Shown piece by piece: positions 41,016 through 50,027 of a stretch of DNA of 59,601 nt. The stretch's first letter is position 1; each line of letters begins with the position of its first letter. The stretch comes from Rhodobacterales bacterium. Lineage in GTDB: Bacteria > Pseudomonadota > Alphaproteobacteria > Rhodobacterales > Rhodobacteraceae. The position numbers and the translations under genes are program-made. The DNA lies in the NCBI GenBank assembly GCA_013297695.1, contig JAAFHX010000003.1, positions 1-59,601 of the forward strand, written 5' to 3'. A model generated the notes under the pieces. It saw only the letters and a program-made list of their open reading frames with translations. It did not search any database and was not told the DNA's origin.

Positions 41016-43012
41016 TCCTCGTCCTCCCAGATGACGGCATCCACCGCGACGGCGCCCTGCGCGCGCAGCATCAGCGGATTGATCTCGATCTCGCGGATGC
41101 GGCGGCTGGTCTGCATCAGCGCCTGCACCGCCAGCGCCGCCTGAACAAACGCCTCCACATCGGCCCGCGCCCGGCCGCGATAGCCATCCAGCAGCGGCCA
41201 GAGCCGCAGCCGCCGAAGGGCCGCCGCGATCTCGTCCGCCTCGACCGGGGCCACCAGCGTCACCGTATCGGCCAGCAGTTCCGCCGCGACCCCGCCCATC
41301 CCAAGCGTCATCGTCACCCCATAGACCGGGTCGCGCCGCAGCCCCAGGATCACCTCGGCCACGGCGCCCGCGACCATCTCCTCGGCCAGATAGCCGGTGG
41401 CCCCCAGCATTTCGGCCTGATCGTCCAGGCTCTGCAGCCCCAGCCGCACCGCCCCGGCCTCGGTCTTGTGGGCAAAGCCCAGGCCTTTCAGAGCGAAGGG
41501 CGGGGTCAGCCCGGCGATCCGGTCGGCCAGTTCCGCCAGCGTCGGCGCAGAAACCCCGCACGGCACGGCGATCCCGGCCCGGGCCAGCACCGCCTTGGCC
41601 TCGCCCTCGGTCCGCATCCGCGCCACCCGCTCCGGCTGCACCGACAGCGGCCGCCAGCCCGCCCGCCCCGGGGCCGTCTGCGCCGCCCGGATCGCGGCCA
41701 GCGCCGTCTCCAGCCCCTGCAGCGGCACCACGCCCATGGCCCCCAGCGCTTCGGCCCGCGCCTCGCCGAAGCCCTCGGGCATCGAGGCCACGGCGAAGGC
41801 GGGCTTGCCCGTCCGTGCCCGCGCCGCCGCAATGGCGGCCAGCGAGGGGAAATAGCTCGACGGATCGCAGCGGTCCTCGCGCGGCAGGTCGATCACGAAG
41901 ACCCCGGCGTCATAGGGGTCCAGCATCGCGGCGAAGACATCCGACGTGCGCCCCTCGTCGCCCCAGATGAAGGTGTTGTAGTCCAGCGGATTGGCAATGG
42001 CGACCAGCGGGCCCAGCAGGTCCGCCAACCGCGCGGTCGTTGCGTCGGGCGGCGGCGGAAACGCCAGCCCCAAGGGTGCTGCCAGATCCGCCACCAGCCC
42101 CGCCTCGCCGCCCGAGCAGGACAGCGAGCACAGCCGGGTCCCGATCTGCGGGCCGATGGCATGGAAAATCTTCAGCGTCTCCAGCAGTTCCGACGGCGTG
42201 TCCACCTCGGCCACCCCGATCTGCCGCAGGAAGGCGCTGGAGGCCGCACCCCCGCCCGCCAGCGAGGCGGTGTGCGAGGCCGCCGCCGTGCGCGAGGCCT
42301 CGGTCTTGCCCGACTTGATGCAGACGATGCCCTTGCCCGCGGCCCGCGCCGCCTCGGCCAGCGCCGCCAGCGCGGCCGCATCGCCGATCCCCTCGACGTA
42401 GAGCCCGAGCGCCGTCACCCGGTCATCCGCCAGCAGCGCCCCGGCCAGGTCCGCCAGCCCGATCTGCGCGGCGTTTCCCAGGCAGGCCACATAGGCGACC
42501 GGCAGCCCGCGCGTCTGCATCGAGAGGTTGACGATGATGTTCGAGGATTGCGACAGCAGCGCCACCCCCCGCTCCACCCGCCGTCCGCCATGCTGGTCGG
42601 GCCACAAGAGCGCCCCGTCCAGATAGTTGATCACGCCATAGCAGTTCGGCCCCAGGATCGGCATGTCGCCTGCCGCCGCCACCAGCGCCGCCTGAAGCTC
42701 CGGCGCCCCCGCCTCGGTCCAGCCGGCGGCAAAACAGATCGCGCCGCCCGCCCCCATCGCCGACAGGTCGGCCACGACCCCGACCGTCGCATGGCGGTTC
42801 ACCCCGATGAAGACGGCATCCGGTGCGTCCGGCAGGTCAGCTAGGCTGCGGAAGGCAGGCACGCCGCCGATCGCGTCGCGCGTCGGGTGCACCGGCCAGA
42901 CCGGCCCGGCGAAGCCCATCCTGCTGCATTGCTCGACCACATTCGCCGCCCAACCGGCTCCCAGAACGGCAATCGAGCGCGGCCGCAGAAGCCGTGAAAG
43001 GTCGCGCCTCAT
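41012..43012 (-). CDS. ADP-forming acyl-CoA synthetase (butyrobetaine-CoA ligase-like)
   Basis: LLRPRSIAV, LGPNCYG, AASHTASLAG, NPLD, ATP-grasp AHKTEAGAV, EIEINPL. Confidence 0.85.
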   Translation of the reverse strand: MRRDLSRLLRPRSIAVLGAGWAANVVEQCSRMGFAGPVWPVHPTRDAIGGVPAFRSLADLPDAPDAVFIGVNRHATVGVVADLSAMGAGGAICFAAGWTEAGAPELQAALVAAAGDMPILGPNCYGVINYLDGALLWPDQHGGRRVERGVALLSQSSNIIVNLSMQTRGLPVAYVACLGNAAQIGLADLAGALLADDRVTALGLYVEGIGDAAALAALAEAARAAGKGIVCIKSGKTEASRTAAASHTASLAGGGAASSAFLRQIGVAEVDTPSELLETLKIFHAIGPQIGTRLCSLSCSGGEAGLVADLAAPLGLAFPPPPDATTARLADLLGPLVAIANPLDYNTFIWGDEGRTSDVFAAMLDPYDAGVFVIDLPREDRCDPSSYFPSLAAIAAARARTGKPAFAVASMPEGFGEARAEALGAMGVVPLQGLETALAAIRAAQTAPGRAGWRPLSVQPERVARMRTEGEAKAVLARAGIAVPCGVSAPTLAELADRIAGLTPPFALKGLGFAHKTEAGAVRLGLQSLDDQAEMLGATGYLAEEMVAGAVAEVILGLRRDPVYGVTMTLGMGGVAAELLADTVTLVAPVEADEIAAALRRLRLWPLLDGYRGRARADVEAFVQAALAVQALMQTSRRIREIEINPLMLRAQGAVAVDAVIWEDEE

Positions 43013-43041
43013 GCCCGGCACCGCGCAGCGGCACCGCCGCA

Positions 43042-43106
43042 GGGGGGCTGTCTGCCCCCCTCGCCCCTGCGGGGCTCACCCCCCGAGGATACTTTTGAAC
43101 AGAAGA
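43042..43106 (+). repeat. REP-like element family A, copy 3
   Basis: GGGGGGC-TGTCT-GCCCCCC, inner hairpin GCCCC-TGC-GGGGC, tail CCCCCCGAGGATACTTTTGAACAGAAGA. Confidence 0.85.
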
Positions 43107-43216
43107 TGGAACGGTGCCGGAGACACCCCTGCCCCGGATCACGAAGCAGGGGGCCGTCTCCCGTTACGGTCATCGGCGTCCCCGCCTGTACCGCAGCGTC
43201 AGGATTGCGACTCAAG

Positions 43217-43232
43217 GTTAACATTCCGTTAC
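43217..43232 (-). promoter_or_regulatory. CtrA-like box
   Basis: Minus strand GTAA-CGGAATG-TTAAC, one mismatch from TTAA-N7-TTAAC, in a high-GC background. Confidence 0.5.
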
Positions 43233-43233
43233 G

Positions 43234-43303
43234 TCTTCTGTTCCCAAATATCCTCGGGGGGAGCCCCGGACCTGTCCGGGGCGTGGGGGGCAGACAGCCC
43301 CCC
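43234..43303 (-). repeat. REP-like element family A, copy 4 (inverted relative to copy 3)
   Basis: Minus strand GGGGGGCTGTCTGCCCCCC, hairpin GCCCCGGAC-AG-GTCCGGGGC, tail CCCCCCGAGGATATTTGGGAACAGAAGA. Confidence 0.85.
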
Positions 43304-43314
43304 TCTTTCTTTGC

Positions 43315-44481
43315 TTATCCGCCCACCGCCCGCAGAAGCTCGCGGCTGATGATGTGGCGCTGAATTTCCGAGGTGCCTTCCCATATCCGCTCCACCCGCG
43401 CATCGCGCCAGATGCGTTCCAGCGGCAGGTCGTCCATCAGCCCCATGCCGCCGTGAATCTGGATCGCCTCGTCGGCGATGAAGGCCAGTGCCTCGGTCGC
43501 CTTCAGCTTGGCCATCGCCATGTCGGCCTCGGTCACCGTGCCCTGATCGAACTTCCACCCCGCCTCGCGCGTCAGCAGTTCGGCCGCCTTCAAGGCCAGC
43601 GCCATGTCGGCCAGCTTGAACGACACGCCCTGGAACTTGCCGATGGCTTGCCCGAACTGCCGCCGTTCCGCCGCATAGGAGATCGCCAGCCCGAGCGCGC
43701 GGTCGGCGCGGCCAATGCAGGTCGAGGCGACCTGCAACCGGGTCGCGCCGAGCCAGGTGTTCGCCACCTCGAACCCCTTGTGCGGCTCGCCCAGGACCTG
43801 GTCCTTCGGCACGCGGCAGGTGTCGAATTCCAGGACCGCGTTGGTATAGCCGCGGTGGCTGACGTTGCGGTAGCCCTCGCGCACGGTGAAACCCGGCGTG
43901 CCCTTGTCCACGAAGAAGGCGGTGATCCGCTTCTTGGGTCCGCGCGGCGTGTCCTCCTCGCCGCTCGCCATGAAGGCGATGGTGAAGCCCGCGATATCGG
44001 CATGGCTGATGAAATGCTTGGTGCCGTTCAGCACCCAGTCGCCGCCGTCTTCGCGCGCGCTGGCCTTCATGCCGCGCAGGTCCGACCCCGCGCCGGGTTC
44101 GGTCATCGCCAGGCAATCCCAGGTCTCGCCACGAATGCAGGGCATCAGATAGCGGTCGCGCTGCTCCGGTGTGCCGGCCAGCAGGATGTTCGACGGCCGC
44201 GCCACGCAGGTCCAGTGCAGCGCGTAGTTCGCCCGCCCCAGTTCCTTTTCGTAAAGCAGCCAGGAGAGCGTATCGAGCCCCGCGCCCCCCACCTCCTCGG
44301 GCATGTTGGCGGCATAGAGCCCCGCCGCCATCGCCTTGGCCTGCACCTCGCGGATCAGGTCCATCCGCAGGACACCCGTGCGCTCGACCTCGGCCTCGTG
44401 CGGGTAAAGCTCGGTCTCGACGAAGCTGCGCGTCGTCTCGACGATCATCTTCTGTTCGTCGCTTAGCCCGAAATCCATCAC
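43315..44481 (-). CDS. Acyl-CoA dehydrogenase (butyrobetainyl-CoA dehydrogenase-like)
   Basis: AMTEPGAGSD, LNGTKHFIS, RRQFGQAIGKFQG, QIHGGMG, IWEGTSEIQR. Confidence 0.9.
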   Translation of the reverse strand: MMDFGLSDEQKMIVETTRSFVETELYPHEAEVERTGVLRMDLIREVQAKAMAAGLYAANMPEEVGGAGLDTLSWLLYEKELGRANYALHWTCVARPSNILLAGTPEQRDRYLMPCIRGETWDCLAMTEPGAGSDLRGMKASAREDGGDWVLNGTKHFISHADIAGFTIAFMASGEEDTPRGPKKRITAFFVDKGTPGFTVREGYRNVSHRGYTNAVLEFDTCRVPKDQVLGEPHKGFEVANTWLGATRLQVASTCIGRADRALGLAISYAAERRQFGQAIGKFQGVSFKLADMALALKAAELLTREAGWKFDQGTVTEADMAMAKLKATEALAFIADEAIQIHGGMGLMDDLPLERIWRDARVERIWEGTSEIQRHIISRELLRAVGG

Positions 44482-45938
44482 ACTTTCCTCCCCACCCGGC
44501 CCGCCGCGTCCGGTCGCGGCAGGGCGGCATGGGCGGCGGCAAGGGGCAGAAGGCGCGCCAGAACTTCAGGGGCCCCGGGGCAGGTCTTGCCCGCTTTCAT
44601 GTCCACATGCAGGCACATCTGCTCGATGGTGGCCACCACCTCCTCGCCCCGCGCAAGGGTGACGAAGATGTGCAGCCGCTTCTCGTCCGCGCCCAGCACC
44701 TGCACCGACCCGGTCAGCCGGTCGCCCAGCCTTGCCTCGCCCCGGTGCAGGATATGGGTTTCGGCGGTATAGTAGCTGTGCCCGCCCGCCACATAGTCCA
44801 TGTCGGCCCCGATCAGCCGCAGCAGGTTGTCGGTGGTTTCCGAGGCGCAGAACAGGTAGCGGCTTTCGGTCATGTGGCCGTTGTAGTCGATCCACCCGGG
44901 CAGCACCTGCAGCCGCGCCATGACCAGCGGTGCTGCCGTCTCGGGCACTGGCGCAGGCATCAGCGCTGCCAGCCGCTTGTCCTGCTCCTTCAGCACCCGC
45001 CCTGCGCCCCAGTTGCGGTCCTTCAGCACCCGCAGGAAGCCCACGAGGTTCGCATCGCGGATGCGTTCCAGCTCGCGGATCGTGTAGGCACCGGACTGCG
45101 CATCGGACTGCCCCGCGATCAGGTCCACCAGTTCGTCGGTGAATTCGGGCACATCGGTCAGCTTCGTCCAGGGCCATTGCAGGCAGGGACCGAACTGCGC
45201 CATGAAGTGCTTCATGCCCGCCTCGCCGCCCGCCACGCGATAGGTCTCGAACAGGCCCATCTGGCCCCAGCGCAGGCCAAAGCCCATGCGGATCGCCTCG
45301 TCGATCTCTTCGGTCGTGGCCACCCCGTCCTTCACCAGCCACAGCGCCTCGCGCCACACCGCCTCCAAGAAGCGGTCGGCGATATGGGCGTCGATCTCCT
45401 TGCGCACATGCAGCGGGAACATGCCGATGCCGCGCAGCGTCTCTTTCGCCGTCTCGATCACCGCAGGATCGGAGGCCGCCGAGGGCACCACCTCGGCCAG
45501 CGGCAGCAGATAGACCGGGTTGAACGGATGGGCGACGAAGATCGTCGCCGGGTTCGCCGCCCCCTGCTGCAGTTCCGACGGCTTGAACCCGGAGGTGGAG
45601 GACCCGATGGGAACCCCCGGAGCCACCTGCTGAATCTGCGCAAAGACGCGGTGTTTCAGGTCCAGCCGTTCGCTGACCGATTCCTGCACATAGGACGCGC
45701 CGTCCAGCGCCTCGGTGATGCTGGCGGCCATCGTCAGCGCGCCCTCGGGCGGCATCGGCACATCTGCCAGCGCAGGCAGCGACGCGCGGGCATTGGCCAG
45801 CACCTCGGCAATCTTGCGCCCCGCCTCGGGGTCGGGGTCGAACACGGCAACGTCCCAGCCGTTCAGCAGGAACCGCGCGGCCCAGCCGCCGCCGATCACG
45901 CCGCCGCCGATGATCGCGGCCTTCGGGGTCTTCGTCAT
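44478..45938 (-). CDS. lcdH: L-carnitine 3-dehydrogenase fused to a thioesterase domain
   Basis: GGGVIGGGWAARF, HPFNPVYLLPL, GFGLRW; C-terminal WIDYNGHM hot-dog thioesterase. Confidence 0.9.
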   Translation of the reverse strand: MTKTPKAAIIGGGVIGGGWAARFLLNGWDVAVFDPDPEAGRKIAEVLANARASLPALADVPMPPEGALTMAASITEALDGASYVQESVSERLDLKHRVFAQIQQVAPGVPIGSSTSGFKPSELQQGAANPATIFVAHPFNPVYLLPLAEVVPSAASDPAVIETAKETLRGIGMFPLHVRKEIDAHIADRFLEAVWREALWLVKDGVATTEEIDEAIRMGFGLRWGQMGLFETYRVAGGEAGMKHFMAQFGPCLQWPWTKLTDVPEFTDELVDLIAGQSDAQSGAYTIRELERIRDANLVGFLRVLKDRNWGAGRVLKEQDKRLAALMPAPVPETAAPLVMARLQVLPGWIDYNGHMTESRYLFCASETTDNLLRLIGADMDYVAGGHSYYTAETHILHRGEARLGDRLTGSVQVLGADEKRLHIFVTLARGEEVVATIEQMCLHVDMKAGKTCPGAPEVLARLLPLAAAHAALPRPDAAGRVGRKV

Positions 45939-45996
45939 CTGTCCGCTCTTTCCCTGATCGCGCGGGGCCGGGCCTGCCGCCCGACCGGACTGCGCC

Positions 45997-46557
45997 TTAC
46001 CTGACCCAGGCCGGGGCCTTGCCGAACCCGGTCTGCGGCACCACCTGCAGCGCCGCCACGTCGAAGCGGTTCGCTTCCAGCACGCCGCGCGCCACGTCCA
46101 TCTGTTCGGGCGTGATCCGGCCCGACCGGCTGAGCACAAAGCCGTTGTCGCGCAGCGGCGCGCCCACGACCGCCATCCGCCCGTCGCGCGACAGATAGAG
46201 CAGCCAGTAGCTGGACGGCAGCGCCGCCCCGCTGCTGCCCAGCCGCAGCCGCCCCGGTCCGGCCTCGCGCGCGGTGCTGGTGCTGACCTGGGTCACGCCC
46301 TCGCCCGGCACCCGGCACTGCCGCGCCACCTGCACGCTGCCATCCTCCTGCGGGGCCAGCGTCAGCGTAGTGCCGACGCAACCTGCAAGCCCGGGCTGCG
46401 GGAACCGCGCGACCTCGTGCCAGGTCCCCGCCAGCTTGCCCTGGGGCACATTGGTCACGACCCCCATCGGCGTGCCCCATTGCCGCGACGAGGGCACAAA
46501 GGTCGTGCAGGCCGAGGCCGCCAGCAACAGCGCCAGGGCGGGAACAAGAATTTTCAT
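45997..46557 (-). CDS. Lipocalin lipoprotein (Blc-like)
   Basis: Lipobox LAASAC, GTWHEVARFP, YWLLYL and FVLSR lipocalin conserved regions; ATGA overlap with the upstream gene. Confidence 0.8.
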   Translation of the reverse strand: MKILVPALALLLAASACTTFVPSSRQWGTPMGVVTNVPQGKLAGTWHEVARFPQPGLAGCVGTTLTLAPQEDGSVQVARQCRVPGEGVTQVSTSTAREAGPGRLRLGSSGAALPSSYWLLYLSRDGRMAVVGAPLRDNGFVLSRSGRITPEQMDVARGVLEANRFDVAALQVVPQTGFGKAPAWVR

Positions 46558-47468
46558 GGTGCGACAACTCCGCGTTTGGTCAGCTTCAGCCGCGCGCGGA
46601 CCTCGTCCGGCCCGATCACCCGGGCACCGAGGTTTTCGATCAGGCGCACCGCACGCTCGACAAGCTGAGCATTGGTCGCAAGCACGCCCTTGTCGAGCCA
46701 CAAGTTGTCTTCCAGCCCCACGCGGACGTTGCCGCCCGCCAGAACGGCGGCCGCCACATAGGGCATCTGGTGCCGCCCGATGGAAAAGGCGCTCCAGTGC
46801 CAGTCGGCGGGCACGTTGTTCACCATCGCCAGAAAGGTGTTCAGATCATCCGGCGCGCCCCAGGGCACGCCCATGCACAACTGGACGAGAACGGGCGCAG
46901 GGATCACGCCTTCCTTCACCAGTTCCTTCGCGAACCACAGATGCCCGGTGTCGAAAGCCTCGATCTCGATCTGCACGCCCGCCGCCGCCATCCGCGCGCC
47001 CATGTCGCGCAGCATGCCGGGGGTGTTGACCATGACGTAATCGGCCTCGTTGAAGTTCATCGTGCCGCAGTCGAGCGTGCAGATTTCCGGTCGGCACTGC
47101 ACCACATGGGCCACCCGTTCCGCCGCGCCCGCCATGTCCGACCTTGCCGACATCCGGCCCATCGCCTCGGTCCCGTCAAAGACCAGATCGCCGCCCATCC
47201 CGGCGGTCAGGTTCAGCACCACATCGGTCGCCGAATCGCGGATGCGCTCGGTCACCTCGCGGTAGAGCGCGGGGTCGCGGGCGGGCCTGCCGGTCTCGGG
47301 GTCGCGCACATGGCAATGCACCACCGCCGCCCCGGCCCGGGCCGCCGCAATGGCGCTGTCGGCGATCTGCGCGGGGCTGCGCGGCACATGCGGGCTACGG
47401 TCCTGCGTTCCGCCCGAACCGGTGACGGCACAGGTGATGAAGACCTCGCGGTTCATGGCAAGCGGCAT
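46554..47468 (-). CDS. cdhC: 3-dehydrocarnitine cleavage enzyme (BKACE/DUF849)
   Basis: ITCAVTG, VHCHVRD, CTLDCGTMNF, VRVGLEDN; lies in the carnitine cluster. Confidence 0.85.
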   Translation of the reverse strand: MPLAMNREVFITCAVTGSGGTQDRSPHVPRSPAQIADSAIAAARAGAAVVHCHVRDPETGRPARDPALYREVTERIRDSATDVVLNLTAGMGGDLVFDGTEAMGRMSARSDMAGAAERVAHVVQCRPEICTLDCGTMNFNEADYVMVNTPGMLRDMGARMAAAGVQIEIEAFDTGHLWFAKELVKEGVIPAPVLVQLCMGVPWGAPDDLNTFLAMVNNVPADWHWSAFSIGRHQMPYVAAAVLAGGNVRVGLEDNLWLDKGVLATNAQLVERAVRLIENLGARVIGPDEVRARLKLTKRGVVAP

Positions 47469-47538
47469 CGGGCGTCTCCTCTTTGGCCGCAGCCTAGACG
47501 GGCTTGCGCGGCCGTGCCGTGCACTTTACGAAATGCGC

Positions 47539-48582
47539 ATGACAGAAAACGCATCGCTCTTTGCCCCGTCCCGCGATCCGCTGACCATCGCCGTGCTGGT
47601 GCTGCCGCAGGCCTCGATTCTCGAGGTCGCCTCCACGCTCGACCCGCTGCGGTCGGCCAACCGCCACCTCGGGACCGACAGCTACCGCTGGCGCGTCGTC
47701 TCGCCCGACGGGGCGCCGGTGCCGCTGACCTGCGGGATCAGCCTGCCCTCCTCCGGCCCCCTTGCCGCTGCCGAAGGGGCCGATGCGCTGGTCGTGATCG
47801 CGGGGTTCCGCCAGGCCGAAGTGGCAACGCGCCCGCTGATCCGCGACCTTGCCCGGCTGGCTCCGCGCTTTCGCGCCATCGGCGGCATCGATGCGGGGGC
47901 CTGGGTGCTGGCGCGCGCGGGCCTTCTGGACGGGCACCGCGCCACCGTCCACTGGGAAGACCTGGAAGACCTGGCCGCCGCCCACCCCGCCGTCGATGTG
48001 CTGCCCGACCGTTTCGTCATCTCGGGCCCGCGCTTTACCGCAGGCGGGGCGGCCCCGGCAGCCGATCTGATGCTGCACCTGATCGCCGCCCGGCACGGCG
48101 CGGCGCTGGCGCTTCAGGTCGCGGCCTCCTTCCTCACCACGCCCCGCGACGGGTCCGAGCCGCAGATCAGCCCGCATTCGCCGCGCGGCCCGCATCTCGA
48201 CCCGCGCGTCTCCGCCGCCCTGGCCCGGATGGAGGCGCGCCTTGACAGCCCCGAACCCGCCGCCGTGCTGGCCCGCAGGCTGGGCCTGTCGCCGCGCCGG
48301 CTGGAAACCCTGTTCCGCGCGGGCCTCGGCACCACGCCGGGCCGGCATGCGCTGGACCTGCGCCTTCAGGCCGCGCGGCGGATGCTGACCGATACCCGCC
48401 ATCCGGTGCAGGAGGTGGCGCTGCGCACCGGCTTTGCCTCGCCCACCGCCTTTGCCCGCGCCTTCCGCCGCCGCTTCGGCCACAGCCCCGGAACGGCGCG
48501 GCGCGGCGGCGGCCGCGCGCCCTTCGGTCAGTCGGCCGCCGGGGCCAGGTCCGAGATGTCGCCCGCCTCGGGCGGGGCATAG
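47539..48582 (+). CDS. cdhR: GlxA/CdhR-type AraC regulator
   Basis: DPLRSAN, GLLDGHRATVHWE GATase-like domain plus AraC HTHs; divergent from the carnitine genes. 3' end overlaps the sulfatase gene. Confidence 0.8.
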   Translation: MTENASLFAPSRDPLTIAVLVLPQASILEVASTLDPLRSANRHLGTDSYRWRVVSPDGAPVPLTCGISLPSSGPLAAAEGADALVVIAGFRQAEVATRPLIRDLARLAPRFRAIGGIDAGAWVLARAGLLDGHRATVHWEDLEDLAAAHPAVDVLPDRFVISGPRFTAGGAAPAADLMLHLIAARHGAALALQVAASFLTTPRDGSEPQISPHSPRGPHLDPRVSAALARMEARLDSPEPAAVLARRLGLSPRRLETLFRAGLGTTPGRHALDLRLQAARRMLTDTRHPVQEVALRTGFASPTAFARAFRRRFGHSPGTARRGGGRAPFGQSAAGARSEMSPASGGA

Positions 48583-49946
48583 AAGGTCAGGCGGATCGCC
48601 TCCATCAGAAGCTGCGGCGGCGTCATGGCGGCGGCCAGCGCGATCACCCGCGCCTGCAGGTCGGCCGTCAGGGCCGGGAAACCGGCCGCCAGGTTGCGCG
48701 CCTCGGCCGGGTCGTCGGCCAGGTTGAACAGCTCGATCCGGGGCGGCAGCGCGGCCTGCCAGACCAGCTTCCAGTCGCCCCGCCGCACCGCCCCCGCCAC
48801 GGGATCGACATTGTAGACGATCTCGTGCCGCGGCGACGGCGCGCCTTCGGCGATCACCGGCCAGACATCCATCCCGTCCAGCGGCAGCGACGCGCCCGTG
48901 TCGCCCCCGGCCAGCGCGGCCAGAGTCGGGAACATGTCCACCACATGGATCAGCCCGGCGTGCTGCCCCGGAACCACATGCCCCGGCCAGCTTGCCAGCG
49001 CCGCCACCTTCGTGCCGCCCTCATAAAGCGTGCCCTTGCCCTCGCGCAGCGGAGCGTTCGATGCGGGCAATCCGCCGTCCACCTTGGTGTCACCGGCAAA
49101 CAGGGCATTCGTCACCCCGCCGTTGTCGCTGTGAAACAGGATCAGCGTATTGTCGCGCATGCCCTTCGCGTCAAGCGCCGCGACCACCTCGGCCACCGCG
49201 TCATCGACCACGCTGATCATCGCGGCATAGGCCCGGCGGTTGGGGTCGGCGATGTCGGCGTGGCGGTCGAGATATTCCTGCGGGGCCTGATAAGGCGTGT
49301 GTGGTGCGGTGAAGGCAAGGTAGAGGAACAGGGGTTCCGCCCCGTCATGTGCCGAGATCACGCGCACCGCCTCCTGCCCCAGCAGAACGTTGTCATACCC
49401 TTCTTCGGCCAGCGGCTCGTTCCCGCGATACCAGTCGGGCACGCCATGGGCGGCCTTTTCGAAATGGTCGATCTCGCCCACCAGCGCGCCGTAGAAGCTG
49501 TCGAACCCGCGCTGCATCGGCCATTGCGCCGGGTCGGCATGGCCGAGGTGCCACTTGCCGACCATCGCCGTGCGGTATCCCGCATCGCGCAGCATCTGCG
49601 GCAGGGTGTATTCGTCGGCGGGCAGGCCGTAGCGGCCCGCGCCGGGAATGACCCCGGACTGCAGGCCATAGCGCAGCGGATAGCGCCCGGTCATCAGCGC
49701 GGCCCGGGTCGGGGTGCACATCGGCTGCACATAGAAATCGGTCAGTTCCGCGCCTTCGGCCGCCAGCGCGTCCAGCGCCGGGGTGGCGATGTCGGACCCC
49801 TGGAACCCGGTATCGGCAAAGCCCAGGTCATCGACAACGATATAGACGATGTTCGGGCGCAGGGCATCCGCCGCAGCCCCCCGAACCGTCGGCAGGGTCA
49901 GCAGCAGCGCCACAGCCGCCCGCAGGCTCCACTCTCCAATCCGCAT
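48528..49946 (-). CDS. Exported arylsulfatase (Cys-type formylglycine sulfatase)
   Basis: Signal peptide, PNIVYIVVDDLG, CTPTRAALMTG, GKWHLG, SDNG, KGTLYEGG. Confidence 0.92.
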   Translation of the reverse strand: MRIGEWSLRAAVALLLTLPTVRGAAADALRPNIVYIVVDDLGFADTGFQGSDIATPALDALAAEGAELTDFYVQPMCTPTRAALMTGRYPLRYGLQSGVIPGAGRYGLPADEYTLPQMLRDAGYRTAMVGKWHLGHADPAQWPMQRGFDSFYGALVGEIDHFEKAAHGVPDWYRGNEPLAEEGYDNVLLGQEAVRVISAHDGAEPLFLYLAFTAPHTPYQAPQEYLDRHADIADPNRRAYAAMISVVDDAVAEVVAALDAKGMRDNTLILFHSDNGGVTNALFAGDTKVDGGLPASNAPLREGKGTLYEGGTKVAALASWPGHVVPGQHAGLIHVVDMFPTLAALAGGDTGASLPLDGMDVWPVIAEGAPSPRHEIVYNVDPVAGAVRRGDWKLVWQAALPPRIELFNLADDPAEARNLAAGFPALTADLQARVIALAAAMTPPQLLMEAIRLTFYAPPEAGDISDLAPAAD

Positions 49947-50027
49947 CGGCGGCCTCCGCTCTATCTGGTCCGGCACATGATCTGCACCGGACGGCAAGGC
50001 CGCGTCAAGCAACCGGCGCGCCGGGTC

